Below are positions 14,420-27,365 of a stretch of 64,000 bases of DNA, piece by piece. Position numbers and translations under genes: made by a program. Each line of letters opens with the position of its first letter. Within the stretch, counting starts at the first letter, position 1. The stretch covers positions 62,001 through 126,000 of the forward strand of contig CT868022.1 of NCBI GenBank assembly GCA_000165425.1, given 5' to 3'. This DNA is from Paramecium tetraurelia. Taxonomy: Eukaryota. Under the pieces are notes generated by a model that was given only the letters and a program-made list of their open reading frames with translations, was not told the DNA's origin and searched no databases.

Positions 14420-16032
14420 ATGATGAAATATGAGTTAGAGAGCTCAACTACTACTCCAGATTTGATGGGCAGATAAAAAATGCATTAATAGATTCTACCC
14501 AAACTTAAAAGTTTGGTTGATCATATACCTTATTAGGATCAAGAAGTCCCAATAAATGATTCATATATATTAGAACTATTAGCTGTTTTAGTTAAGATAT
14601 TTAATAGCGGATTGGATATGTTAGTATAGAATTTAGAAATCTCTAGCAAATCTAAAGTCCATAACTTTCAGAAGTTCACAGCGGATTCTTCAGTCATCTC
14701 TATCCAATCATCGAGAATAGAAAGTCAACCAAATTCATCTAGAAATGCCTCAAATTCGTTAAAGTAGACAGACTCAAGGCACCTATTTGGATCTTATTAG
14801 AGTTGAATTCAAACACTCTTTTGGAATTCATATTATCCAATGAGACCAAAGAGAAATATTAAAATAATGCATGCATTCGACAAGGGGAATTGGTTGACAT
14901 CCTCGATAGTTATTATTGCAAACATATAACTTTGATAGGCGATAAGATTTACGATCTGCCAACTCCTTTATATAGAGAATAAAATAACACTAAAACATTC
15001 TTTCCACAACCACCCAATATATCAAACAATATGCAAGGTGACCTCTTCGAGAGATTCCAACAATTTGAAGACATCCAACCAATTAAACATGTGTTCTCTT
15101 TAGATTGTGATGACTCAGCCACTCATGCACCTACACATAGAAAATAAGACATGGAAACTCCAGACCTAAATTTTGGCAGTCCTATGATGGAGTAAGATTC
15201 CATTAAAGGAGATGAATCTGATGAGGAGTAACACAAGGCCTTGCCTCAATATATTTCATTTCAATGCAAAAAATCCACTAAACTATTGAGAGAATTAAGA
15301 GATAAACAAATTGAAGAATATTGGAATTGCCAATAAACACCAATTAGCAAGTTTACAGGATAATGTCATGCATGTTAAACCTAAATTCAGAAGAACTCTT
15401 ATTTCTTTTTTCAAGGAACAGCATATTATTGTCATTATAGTGGCTTGTTCTTTTGTCGTCAATGCATCAGCAATGAGTTAAGTGTTATTCCTCATCTAAT
15501 TCTTAATAAATTTGATTTTAACAAATATTAAGTAAGCAAAGAAGCCTTTGAAACCATTTAAAAGAATATGAAGAAAATCATCTTTCAAATCAACTACTTT
15601 GATAATGTTGTTTATTAGAATCAAATTTTATATGACTTTCTAATTAAAAAACGATCTCTGAGATTGATGTATGATTTACTATGCCAAGACTTTAATTTTG
15701 ATTTTATTTTCACCTAAAACTACTCTCATTTACTATTGCCAATTAACCTATTCAGTTTATAAAATTTCATCGACATTAATAATAAATCTTTATTTAAAAT
15801 TGCTACTAATGCCTATGAATATGGCTTAGAACACATCTCTAAATGTCCATAATGTCAAAAATTAAGTGTTAAATGTGCTGAATGTCTAAAAGGTAATATT
15901 TACATCTTTGATATTATTGGAACATAGTACTGCAGAAAATGCAAGAAAATATTTCATAGGACTTGTTTCTATGACAAATGTACAAAGTGTGGACAAAACC
16001 AATATATTAACAGAAGCAAATTAGACCGATGA
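14420..16032 (+). CDS. RUN-like + Rubicon-homology (DUF4206/zf-RING_9) protein, Rubicon/PLEKHM1/DEF8-like
   Basis: One 23-nt intron (gtatagaatttagaaatctctag). C-terminal CHAC...YYCHYSGLFFCRQC...VIPHLILNKFDFNKYQVSKEA...HISKCPQC...KCAEC...CRKCKKIFHRTC...CTKC matches the Rubicon-homology pattern. N-terminal LVKIFNSGL and APIWILLELNSNTL resemble RUN blocks. Start could be 14396. Confidence 0.82.
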
Positions 16033-17146
16033 TTATTATAAATTATATATAAACAATAAGAATCATTCAGTATTTTAATCTAGGAAAGTAATAATTAAAT
16101 TCCAATTTTGGAAATATCTTAAATTATGTATCTTCTTGGGAATATACTTTAAGTGTTTCTGAAATATACATGAATGGAAAGAGAGACTACTCAAAGCACA
16201 TTTTATTACAACATAAGATGTTATTGAATAACTTTAATCTTTTACCAATGTTGTCAAAGATGAGTTTATAATAATTATATAAAATTCTAGATAGAAATCC
16301 CATTCGTCTAAGAAATAAGATTTATAGTTGTGAATAGTTTCAATGATTAGTATGTGATATATTAGTGAATTGATTCAATTTAAAAATGACTAATATTATA
16401 TCAATTTTATTTCTGTTGACAAAATAAATTTTATTTTTAACAGCATTAATTTAAAGTCTATTCTGATCTAAAAACCAAAGTATGAGTTAAAGATATAATA
16501 AAAGAAATCTTTTTCAATTATCTTGACAATTGTATAATTCTTATCAAGAACGTGATCTCATTTATGAATTAAAAAATGCTTAGATCTATAAACCTTTTAT
16601 AAGGTTAGTACAAAATTTAAAAGAGATTCATTAACCTAAATTGGTTTTGATTTTCTATTATAAGTAATTTTCAATTCTGTATGATTTTCATTTATGAATA
16701 TAGATATATAATAATATATCAAAGTGCCTAAGTTTAAGAACTCACTTTGATTTTTATCATGCATTATTATTTAAATACTCTACATTTAAATAAATTGATT
16801 CCTCAAGAGTACTATTTTATAATACAGGTATCTTAGATATAATTTAGTAATTTTGAGGATGATTGAGAGATGATGAAAATGGCTATAGACAAATATTATG
16901 ATCAAAACTAAATACACATCAAATTCTAGATCTAAGGAAACTCAATTTGAGAATAAAGTGTTGATTTTATCTGTTTTAAATCGTATTTTTGATTTGCAAT
17001 TATATTCAATCATAAAGTGATATATTATTAATTAAAGCTAATTATTTGATGATTATTTACGCACTTTTGGTACGTTAATACATACTAAAATATAAAAATA
17101 TATATAAAGCTAAGGAAATTAAGATTTCATATTAAATTTAAATATC

Positions 17147-19541
17147 ATGGAATTTGTGACTGCTTTGGTGTTTATTTTCATAGCTTGTGCTTGTGGTATA
17201 GTTTGGGCTATCTTTAATTGGATGGCAGTTCACAAAATAGAGATTCATCACAAACATGAGGGATTGACAGAGCTTTTGTAAGGAGCAGAATAGGAGAAAA
17301 TAGAGACACTATTGGAGATAGGAGAACATATATAAGATGTAAATTTTGATAATAATTAAAAAAGGGAGCTCAAGCCTTTTTAAGAGAGGAATACACAGAT
17401 TGCAGTGTATTTTTAGCAATCATGGCTGTTTTATTAATAGTAAACCAAATTCATATATGATCTAGTTTATTTCTCCATGGTCTTCACTGGCATTTGTATT
17501 GGGAGCAGCAACTTCAATGCTTTGCGGTTATTTGGGTATGGCTATAGCAACAGCAGCAAATTACAGAACAGCATTTTCAGCAATTACATCATTAGCAAAT
17601 GCATTTTAAGTATGTGAAGTATTTAAGCTATGAAAGATGGCCTATAGAGGTGGTTGTGTAATGGGATTTTTATTGGTTTCAATCTCACTCTCAATTTTAA
17701 CATTAATAATAATAATCTATAATGCAATAATAGTAAAGAGTGATGAGAACAATTTTGAAGATTTGGTCACAATGTTCGATTACGTAGCAGCCTATGGTTT
17801 AGGAGGATCAACATTTGCATTATTCGGCAGAGTTGGTGGAGGTATATACACAAAGGCAGCAGATGTGGGAGCAGATCTAGTAGGAAAAGTAGAGAAGAAC
17901 TTACCAGAAGACAGTCCTAAAGTACTACTATTATATATATCTCAATAGAATCCAGCAACAATAGCAGACAACGTAGGTGATAATGTAGGTGATATTGCTG
18001 GTATGGGAGCTGATTTATTTGGTTCTTTTGCAGAATCTACATGTGCAGCATTGGTTGTTTCATCTACATAATTGAGAGTGCTATCAGAAGATACTTATGT
18101 GATTGAAATCGGTTAACTAATGTATCCATTGATGGTTTCAGCATTTGGAATTGGAATTTGTATTTTGGTATCAGCTTATGCTGTTTATATTTCAAAAGTA
18201 AACCACATAAATAAGATTGAATCCACTTTGAAATTCCAATTGTTGTTATCGACAGTTGCTTTGTCTCCAATTATCATCGGTATTGCATATTGGTGTTTAC
18301 CTGCTGATTATGTTATGATGGCTGCAGATGGCTCTATTTAATTGGCAGATCTTAAACCATGGCATGCTTTCTTGTGCTCCTTAATGGGATTATGGTCAGG
18401 ATTATTGATTGGATATTTCACAGAATACATGACATCTCATTCTTATACTCCAGTCAGAGAAGTCGCCAAGTCTTGTGGAACTGGTGCAGCTACCAATATC
18501 ATTTATGGTTTGGCTTTGGGATATTTATCAACCATTGTTCCCATTGTTGCAATTGCAATAACAGCCTTAATGTCAATGAAGATGCTTTCATTTTATGGAG
18601 TTGCTTTGGCTGCTCTAGGAATGCTTTCAAATCTTACCATCGGATTAGCAATTGATGCCTATGGACCTATTTCTGATAATGCAGGTGGTATTGCAGAAAT
18701 GAGTGAATTGGGTGAAAATGTAAGAGAATCCACAGATGCTTTGGATGCAGCTGGTAATACAACTGCCGCCATTGGAAAAGGATTTGCAATTGGATCTGCT
18801 GCTTTAGTCTCATTATCACTTTATGGCGGATATTTAACAAGAATATAGACTTACAAGGTTGGTGATCAATTTCCATATGCTGAAGGTGCCAAAATTGACG
18901 ATCCCATTATATTTGCTATGTTATTGGTTGGTGCAATGTTGCCTTACGCTTTCTCTGCATTCACTATGAAATCAGTTGGAAAAGCTGCTCTTCAAATGGT
19001 CGAAGAAGTTCGTAGATAATTACATGAACATCCAGGTATCTATGCAGGAACAGAAGAACCAGATTTCAGAGCATGTATTGCTATTTCAACAAAGGCTTCA
19101 TTAAAGGAGATGATTCCTCCTGGTTTATTGGTATTTATGTTAAATTAACAAATCATAGGTCATTGTAACTCCAACTGCAGTCGGATTGTTCTTTGGACCA
19201 TATGCTGTGGCTGGTCTATTGCCAGGTGCATTAGTTAGTGGTGTCTAAATGGCTATTTCTGCATCTAATACAGGAGGAGCGTGGGATAATGCTAAGAAAT
19301 ACATTGAGGCTGGATTTTATAGAAATGAGGCTGGAGAAGTGAAGAAGAAGGGATCAGATGAACACAAGGCTGCTGTTATTGGTATCAATTTGAATTTAGT
19401 TTTATAGGTGATACTGTTGGTGATCCTCTTAAAGATACTTCAGGACCATCTTTAAATATCCTGATTAAATTGATGGCTATTTTATCATTGGTCTTGGCTG
19501 GAGCTTTTTGTAGAACTGGATGGTTGTATAAACCAGAGTGA
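17147..19541 (+). CDS. VP1: Vacuolar-type H+-translocating inorganic pyrophosphatase, K+-dependent (VP1/AVP1) type
   Basis: Hallmark motifs [73 protein letters not shown] (Ala form = K+-dependent), [26 protein letters not shown]. About six tiny introns. Confidence 0.97.
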
Positions 19542-19604
19542 TTTTATTATGCAAATGTTAAATTAAATTCATAATTATTATACTTTTTATATATGCTTAT
19601 AAAA

Positions 19605-20013
19605 TCACTTCTCTATTTTCTAAAAGAATGGTTCAATTTCTTCATTTAGTTATAAATACACTTTCTTAAAATCCTTCTCTCTATAACGACCTCCTTTGGG
19701 TGATCTCTTAATTGCTCCCATATAATTAATAGTGTTCACTTTATCAACATTCAATCCGTACACTTTCTTATCATTAGATCACATTACATTGCATAAAATA
19801 TTGCTTTATTTCAGGTTTATTCAATGAATATTTGTATGGTTGTAATTTGAATGCAACAACATTTTTCTCTAATTGCTTCTCTGCTCTATGCAATACTACA
19901 GATTAATCGAATAGTCGCTCAATAGGTGTTGCTCTCTTGAAATTAGAAGTAGGCACAATCTTGATTCCTTTTGGATTTAAAAAGTATTCCCTAAAATTGA
20001 GTATTTTTTGCAT
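19605..20013 (-). CDS. MRPL23: Mitochondrial ribosomal protein uL23m
   Basis: MQKILNFREYF...NVVAFKLQPYKYSLNKPEIKQYFMQLYGLNVDKVNTINYMGAIKR...KDFKKVYLQL after removing a 25-nt intron; matches the L23 family pattern (K.EIK...LY...V.KVNT, KKAY/KKVY). Confidence 0.85.
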
Positions 20014-20102
20014 ATATATATAAATTTATTATATTTTATATTGCTTATTTATTCGTTCTCAAGCATTAATATTTTAATAACTTGTCTCTCCAAATATTTA
20101 AT

Positions 20103-21250
20103 ATGCCAACGCACTCTTAAAAGATGAAATTATTGTCTTAGATTTATGTAATATTAACATTGAGTATTCCAGAAAATGAAGTGTCATAAAAATACCTTTC
20201 TCATATATTAATATTATCCTATTATTTAACTAAAAATATAATGACTTACAATAATCGCATTCTAACCTCTTTCTTCTCTTCTAAAGACCCTCTAGATATT
20301 AAAGAAGTGAGTCCAAAATCCTATACTATTATTGAATATGTAATTTGCATTATCTAGGTCAAAGTGTAATTATCTTATCAATTATTTAATATCTAAGAAA
20401 ATATTTTTGACGTTAGCTTTAGTTCATCCTACAATCAGGTCCAAAGATGAATTCTTTTATTCATTCCGATATTCTAATTTTCTCATATTAGAGAGTGGTA
20501 TTTCTTTAATTCCTTATTAAATTTATTACTATATAATGTTTTATATTAACAGAAGTATCTATCCTTTTTTAATATATAAGATCATTATAGAAATCAAAAG
20601 TGTTATATTTATTATAGTAATTGTGAATAATACCTATAACCTGAAATATTATTATATTATCTGATAAACTAGAAACTTATTCTTAATATATTTAAACAAT
20701 TAATTTCATCTCAGGATAATCAATACTTGGATTACAAGACTCTGTATCTCTAATGAGTAATTAGCTTAACAAAATGAAAAATGACAATCTACAGATGCCA
20801 TACAAGTACATTCTCCAATATTTTGTAAGTCGAATATCATTTATCAATAACAGAAGGAAGCCTTATTGAAAGGTTAGAGAGTCGAATTACCAATAATAAG
20901 GATTTGGCGTCCTTACATGGATATTTGTAAATTAGATCTGTGTTAATGATGAACAGTTTATAAATTATAAGAACATTGATAAAATCGATTATTCCATTTG
21001 AGGAACAAAGGATTTAGATAGAATGTTAAGGAATAATTATCGAAATAACTTCCTTCCATGACACGTATTAAATATTCTAAGGGTAAAATTTCATGTTGTT
21101 TCAAATAATAAAATTATATAGCAAAATCCTAAATTAACAAACAAAATTAACCAGTCAGATTTTAACATATAATTCCCTAGACTGTGGGAAAGAATAATGA
21201 GATTCCCTGTAGAAACAATTATTTGACATAAATGTTCGATGGATCACATT
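20103..21250 (+). pseudogene. Possible decayed or unresolved gene
   Basis: Coding-like fragments occur in different frames with TGA stops; one intron-like element (gtaagtcgaatatcatttatcaataacag); no coherent spliced ORF found by eye. Confidence 0.25.
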
Positions 21251-21349
21251 TAATTAATTTTAATTAAAGGTAGTATGATTAAGATTTAGATTACATATGC
21301 TGTGTGACAATATTTTTAAATAACATTTTAATTTAAAAAATATATTTCA

Positions 21350-21637
21350 ATGGGATCTTGCTCCTCATAAAAAATTCACATACCCTTTTCTCCATCAAAA
21401 TAATGCTAAATTGCTGAAGTTCAAGCTTTTCCGAGAATGCCATGGATTAATAAATATCTGCAGTAACCTTTACAAAGAATAATTCTGCCCTACAATCCTA
21501 ACAGTACCTATTTGATACTTATATAAGGTCATGAATACCAATACAATGTCGAAGTTGAAGGTGTAATATTTGACGAAATAGCTCCACCTGACTTTCTTGA
21601 TGATGATATTTTAGAACCCATAGAAGGCGATGATTGA
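21350..21637 (+). CDS. Small hypothetical protein (95 aa) with N-terminal myristoylation/palmitoylation motif and acidic tail
   Basis: Intronless MGSCSSQKIHIPFSPSKQ...DEIAPPDFLDDDILEPIEGDD*, flanked by AT-rich DNA. Confidence 0.7.
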
Positions 21638-23642
21638 TTAAAATAGTTCGTAATGACAACCAATATTGTTATTCATATATCATATTAACATAATTAACAT
21701 ATTCCCCCAAAGAGACAGAACAAAAGAGCCTGTCTGGATATATACAAAGTTACTTCAACTTTGTATAAATTTCCTAAAAATACACTAAAATACTCCGTTA
21801 GTGAATGATAAATTCGGATCTCTTTAATGAAAATATACCTCATTTCGTTAGCCCTTTTCTAAACTTATTGAGAATTTTTCTTCTTTACACTCCAAAATTA
21901 ACTATGTTCTCCATTTTCCAAATATAAATTAAACACAAACTAATAACGCATAAGGTCATTAAGACTTAAAAGTACTATAACATTATTAAATATGGCAGAG
22001 TTCAACCAGGATCATTAGACTCAAGTAAAATCAAAACTGGATTAATCAGAATATTCTGAATAAAGACATATCATGGCAATATAAAGTTTAATCTAAATTT
22101 AGAAAAACCACTCTATTTTGCTTAATTCAATAGAGAGTCAAAATATTCAAGTGTCTAGTTATAAAGAAATGAACAGTACTTTACTTTAAAGAGCAATTCC
22201 AAAGTTAATTTTCATTTTCAGAATGTAGATTTAAATATTGAGTATACTAATTATTAAAATGTACTCTAATATTAATATCAATTAAGTACAATTATAAAGT
22301 AAATCTTAAATTACATTATCAAGCAAATAGAATGACATTTCAAGTTTTTAAAAAACCCTTTTTTTTTGAGATAATTATATATTTGCTATGGAATTCTCAT
22401 TATAACATCTTATATCTAAATAACTATTTAGTTTTAAAGAATTATTATATCTTCATATTAATTTTTATCAAGAAAATAGACATATTATAATTAATAAAAA
22501 AATTAATTAAAAATAATTAATTTTATTGAATTATGTTTAATCAGTTCTGTTTCAACATTATATAATTTAAGAATTAGGATCTAATTTAATTTATATTTTT
22601 CAATCACAATTTATGACCTTACTTAAACTACTGAGTGTGATTCCTCTTATGTAGCATATGTGAGACATTTTCTTAATTAAATTTAGTGTTCATATCTGCA
22701 ATAATTTTACATTTCTTGCAACTTTATTGAACGCAATCAAATATTTAAGAAAATCCCGTTTCTTTAATACACATATTAATTCTTAACTTATTTATCATTT
22801 GTTCTAGGAATGATATGATTTTATTTACAAATTTATTTAAATACCATTTTTAATTATTATATCAATATCATTATTGATTTTTGGTACACATGTAAGCAAT
22901 TACATCTTAATGATTATTATATTAAACGAAAGATCATTATTTGATAATTAACAATTCTGAATGATAACACCTAAGGTAGTTTCTTAAAAAATTAGTTATT
23001 ATATTAAAAATACTTTCAAACTTTACAAATATGATTAACAAATTGTAAAATCCATCCTAATAGCCTTTTAACAAGTAAAAATATTATAAAAAAGATCATC
23101 AAAATTTGTTCAAATTTCTTAAACATTTTATTTTGCAATACCTCTTTAATTGAATAATTCTTGCATTTTTATTTTAGTTTAATAAAGGATTTCATTCTGA
23201 TAATCTGTGTTCTTAAAAGTTGAACCCTTTGTGAATTTCACAAATCATCCTTTTCCTAATATTAACGGGAGCGTTTTCAATCAAATTATTATTATTAGAG
23301 TACTCCTTAAATGTTTGAGTTATAGGTATTTACTAAAAATTATAGTAATTTAAATAATTAGTTAGAAACAGAGAAATCATCATTGAAAGGTTCTTTATAA
23401 TTATTAATTACAACTTTAGGATATTTTTTAGAAATTTTTATTTTCAATTCTTCTGTTTGTTGGTTTTAAAGAATTTTTCAGGATTCTGTTATTATTAAGT
23501 TTTAGAAGATATTTAATTATTACTTGAAATTGTATAAAGTTTAATTATTCACATATTCTCTTTTTGACTGATTGGCAGACAACAAATTATTTAGAGATAA
23601 CTATATATAGCAGATAATAATAGTTAAAATAATTAAGAAAAT

Positions 23643-24733
23643 TCAGAATTTATCCTTCCATTAGATTCGTATGCCTTCACACCAAATTCCTGGTCTTGCA
23701 ATTTCCTTAACAACAAGCAGTCCATCCCCATGTTATTTTCCATTCTTCCAACTACCCTTATACTTTGTGTTTTCATCTATGATAAACTCTCCCTCTCCAT
23801 CCTTCAAATCATGTTTATAATCTCCTTTATACGACCTTCCATCTGGCCATTTAAATTCCCCGTATCCATGCATTTGATTGTTTTCCCAGGCCCCTTCATA
23901 TTCTTTTCCATCACTCCAAACAAACTTGCCTTAGCCATGTATAAAATTGTACTAGAATTCCCCTTTGTAACTAAATAGTAATAATTAATGTACTAATTTT
24001 TATTGGAATAAAAGCATTCTCCATATCCGTGTTTCATTGAATTGAGAAATTGACCTTTGTAAATAGTGCCATCTGGATATTCTTCAATGCCATCTCCTTC
24101 TTGTTTGTCCTCAACCCAATTACCCTTATAGATTGTGCCATCACTATGCGTATAGACACCAAAACCATGACATTTATCATCTAACCAATCTCCTATGTAA
24201 ACATCTCCATTTTAATGAATTAATCTGCCTATACCACATGCTTTATTATTTTGCCAGAATCCTTCATAAACTGAACCATCTGGCCAAATTTATTTTCCTT
24301 TTCCCCATTTCATTCCATTTTTCCATTAACCTATGTAGATGGCTCCATCAATTAGTCTGTGTGGTTCTAAAAAGGGTAGCTTTTTGTCTTCTTCTTTGAA
24401 TTAGAAATTCGTAGATCTTTTTTGTGGATCATCTGAGTTAATATAATCATTATAACGAAATGGTCCAAGTTTATATAAGGCTTTTTAGACAGTTAAAGCA
24501 TAATCGGTGGGAGTTTGACTTAGTTTTTAAGCAATCTCTGGTTTTGGATGGTGAACAACAGGAGATTCTTCAGTTTTAATCCTCATTTTATGATATAATT
24601 TTCTGGCTTTGTATCCTTTATAGTGTTTTTAAATTTTAAGAGCAAATTGGTCATACTTAATATCTTCTTTGATAAGTTCTGGAGTAATAGGGTTCTCTAA
24701 TTTTTGATGTGGATGAGTGCAACAAACTCCCAT
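23643..24733 (-). CDS. MORN-repeat protein with IQ motif and N-terminal acylation signal
   Basis: MGVCCT start; IQ motif IQKHYKGYKARK; tandem 23-aa MORN units (YIGQWKNGMKWGKGKQIWPDGSV, YEGFWQNNKACGIGRLIHQNGDV, YIGDWLDDKCHGFGVYTHSDGTI...); one tiny intron near 23970-23995. Confidence 0.92.
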
Positions 24734-24791
24734 ATAAATGTTTAAATTTTAATTATTACTATATATATTTGATAAAGTTTATGTCAATTTA

Positions 24792-25172
24792 TCATATAAT
24801 CTAGGTTTGTGCTTTGATCATATTAATTTCATTTTCATTTATTTATATTTATTATTTCAATAATTCTACTCTCTTCAACCTCTGTTATCCAACAAAAAAT
24901 AGTTAATTCATCTTCTCCTTCATTAAATTCATTGATTTATAAAGGCACTCCATCTCCTCCTACTCACTCTCATGAATGTCTGCACAAGCCTCACAGATCT
25001 CCACCTAAGTTTACCTGAAAACACTGGACATCTGGCAAACAGGACACAAGGCCTCAAAATCCTGTCCTCCGAACTATTTGAAACATTCTTCGCACAACCC
25101 TTATGTACACTTAACACAAACCAAAACATTTTCATCGTTCTCACACTACTAGCAACATTATTATTTATTCAT
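24792..25172 (-). CDS. Small Cys-rich zinc-finger (RING-like) + coiled-coil protein (126 aa)
   Basis: MNKQQCCQQCENDENVLVCVKCTQGLCEECFKQFGGQDFEALCPVCQ...ICEACADIH..., several CxxC pairs; intact code-6 ORF. Confidence 0.75.
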
Positions 25173-25231
25173 TTAACTTATTAATAATCATTTTGTAAAT
25201 ATTGATCTTTTCTGATCTTATAATTTTATCT

Positions 25232-26270
25232 AATGCACTGTTTCCTCATCCAAGCCCCAAATCTCAAATTCTTGAATTTGAAAATTATCTTCACTCTATA
25301 ACCCTTCATTATCGAAAGTTTCACTCGGATCAGATAGATAACCTCTTACTAAATGAACTGCTTATAAATAAACCATATCTACATTCTATTATCAATCACT
25401 TATTTGTCTTCTGCTCCAATGCTGAATCCAGTCTCATCAGCCATCTAAAAACACCTATTTTTTTGGCTCCCCTTTAATATCCTTGTGTGATTATATAGAC
25501 AGATAAAAAAAAATTATTCTCTCAATCCAAAAAATTCATTCTTAGATAGTCTCCATGAACTCAATAAGAATCCATCAAACACCTTCTTACCAGAATCCTT
25601 TATCAGAATAAGACGAGGGCCAGCGTATTTGGCTCTCCTCAAAAATTCTTAATAAGAACTACTTACATATTAACACTCTTTTACCATGTCTATTTATCAA
25701 ATATAATAGGAACCATGGCTTACTTTCACTGACTTGGTTTCTCCCATTATAGTCTTTTATTCAATGAGTAGTTTCTTTTGATTCTCAGGTACTCTGTTAC
25801 ATTCAATTAAATTTCATGACTTTTTCAGAATTGGCTAATAATGAATCAAAATCAAGTTTTTTGTACCACAAATACCCCATATAACGATTTAAATTAATTC
25901 AGCGATAGGATAGAAAATTATTTTATAAATCTCTTCTACATAAATAGAAAATTTAAATGATCTTCCTTACATTTATGCTCTTTGCTCAATTACTTTGAAT
26001 TGACCATGAAAAATCAAATAATCATAGCATATTTATACATTCCCGTATATGTGGTCTCTATCCCACATGTAGAGAATAAGGATTGAAATGTTTAAAGATT
26101 TTAATAACTCTCGTTATAAAATACACTTATTGTCATATTACAATTGCACTTATTAACCAGGAATCAAGTGGCAATGATCCAATTTATTTACTTTTTTGAG
26201 TCTCCAGACATTGCAATTATTGAGAATAGCTAGATCTTTTAATGTTTAACCTGATTAAGCGAAACATTTT
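25232..26270 (+). pseudogene. Possible decayed gene
   Basis: Protein-like runs (LFPHPSPKSQILEFENYLHSITLHYRKF...; LDSLHELNKNPSNTFLPESFIRIRRGPAYL...) lie in different frames, broken by TGA and lacking a clear ATG. Confidence 0.35.
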
Positions 26271-26304
26271 TAACTACATTGCAATTTTTATTTTTATTTA
26301 TAAT

Positions 26305-27147
26305 ATGGATCCATTAACTAGGTACAAAATGAAATTAGAAAAAGATAAATAACATTTATAAGAGTACGAGAGAATTCAGAAGGAAAAAGAATACTAGAAT
26401 GAAATGAAATTAAGACAGAAAAATGACAAATATAATAATATTTAACAAAAACAAGATAGATAAAAAGAAATAGGCAGACTCAAGGCAGAATTAAGGAAAA
26501 ATCATATAGATCGCACCTTATTTCAAAGTTAATAAATTGAATAAGAGAAGTTGAATGTATTAATTATAATTTAGATTGTATAGGGATATTAAAAGAAAAT
26601 TGCTAAGACTCTGGATTCCATAGAGAAATATGAAAATGGATATCATAAAGATTACTTAACATCTTTGCACAGAAAACTGTCAAATCATTCACATTAGATT
26701 GAATGTGTGTAATAATAAAATGAAACCATCTTGGAAAATAAGATTAATAAAATCAATTAATCCCTAGAACTTCGATTCAAAAAGTCTGAGGATGTATTTA
26801 TACGTCTATAATACAGGTCTTATCAAATCTTTCTAAACAAAATAGTGATCGAAAAAAAAGTGAAAAAATTAAAGTTGAAACTTATCAACAGCTGGTTTAG
26901 AAACATTAAGAGAGACTACAACAATTAAGAGATCACAAGGCTTAATAATTCGATGAAAAATTGAATAAAGTGGATTAACTTTAGAAAATGAAAGAACAAT
27001 AACAACGAGAGAAACAATTATTGAGATTGGAAGCAGATAAATTAAAAGAGAAAATGAGCAAAGAATTCGAATAAGAATTAGCAGTAAATAAGAGATTATA
27101 TATTTTAGAAAATGAAATCGAAGTAAATTAAACTAATACAAAATTGA
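26305..27147 (+). CDS. Coiled-coil hypothetical protein
   Basis: MDPLTRYKMKLEKDKQHLQEYERIQKEKEYQNEMK..., E/K/Q/R-rich; three plausible 23-27-nt introns; TGA 27145-27147. Confidence 0.75.
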
Positions 27148-27365
27148 TAATGAATTTGTCATTCAAAAAATTTAATACTTATCCTTAATCAAATTTTCTT
27201 GTTTTGCTGTGTTCTTAATGTTAATTCACTTCTTGTAGTTTCTAATTGTAACATTTGTTTATTTAATGGAGTATTAATTATTATTTCCGACACCCAAAAA
27301 TATTGTTTGTATTTTTAAATATTGTGAATAATAGTAAATTATTTAATTAACAGACAAATATTACA

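Noticed and set aside
18064..18876. ORFs 18064-18270(-), 18359-18655(+), 18667-18876(-)
   Set aside because: Alternative-frame or antisense overlaps of the well-supported H+-PPase.
23730..24399. Hydrophobic plus-strand ORFs and periodic DNA pattern
   Set aside because: Antisense of MORN repeats; the 69-nt periodicity is protein-coding, not a CRISPR array or satellite.
24929..25184. ORFs 24929-25144(-) and 24972-25184(+)
   Set aside because: Wrong frame or strand of the Cys-rich zinc-finger gene 24792-25172.
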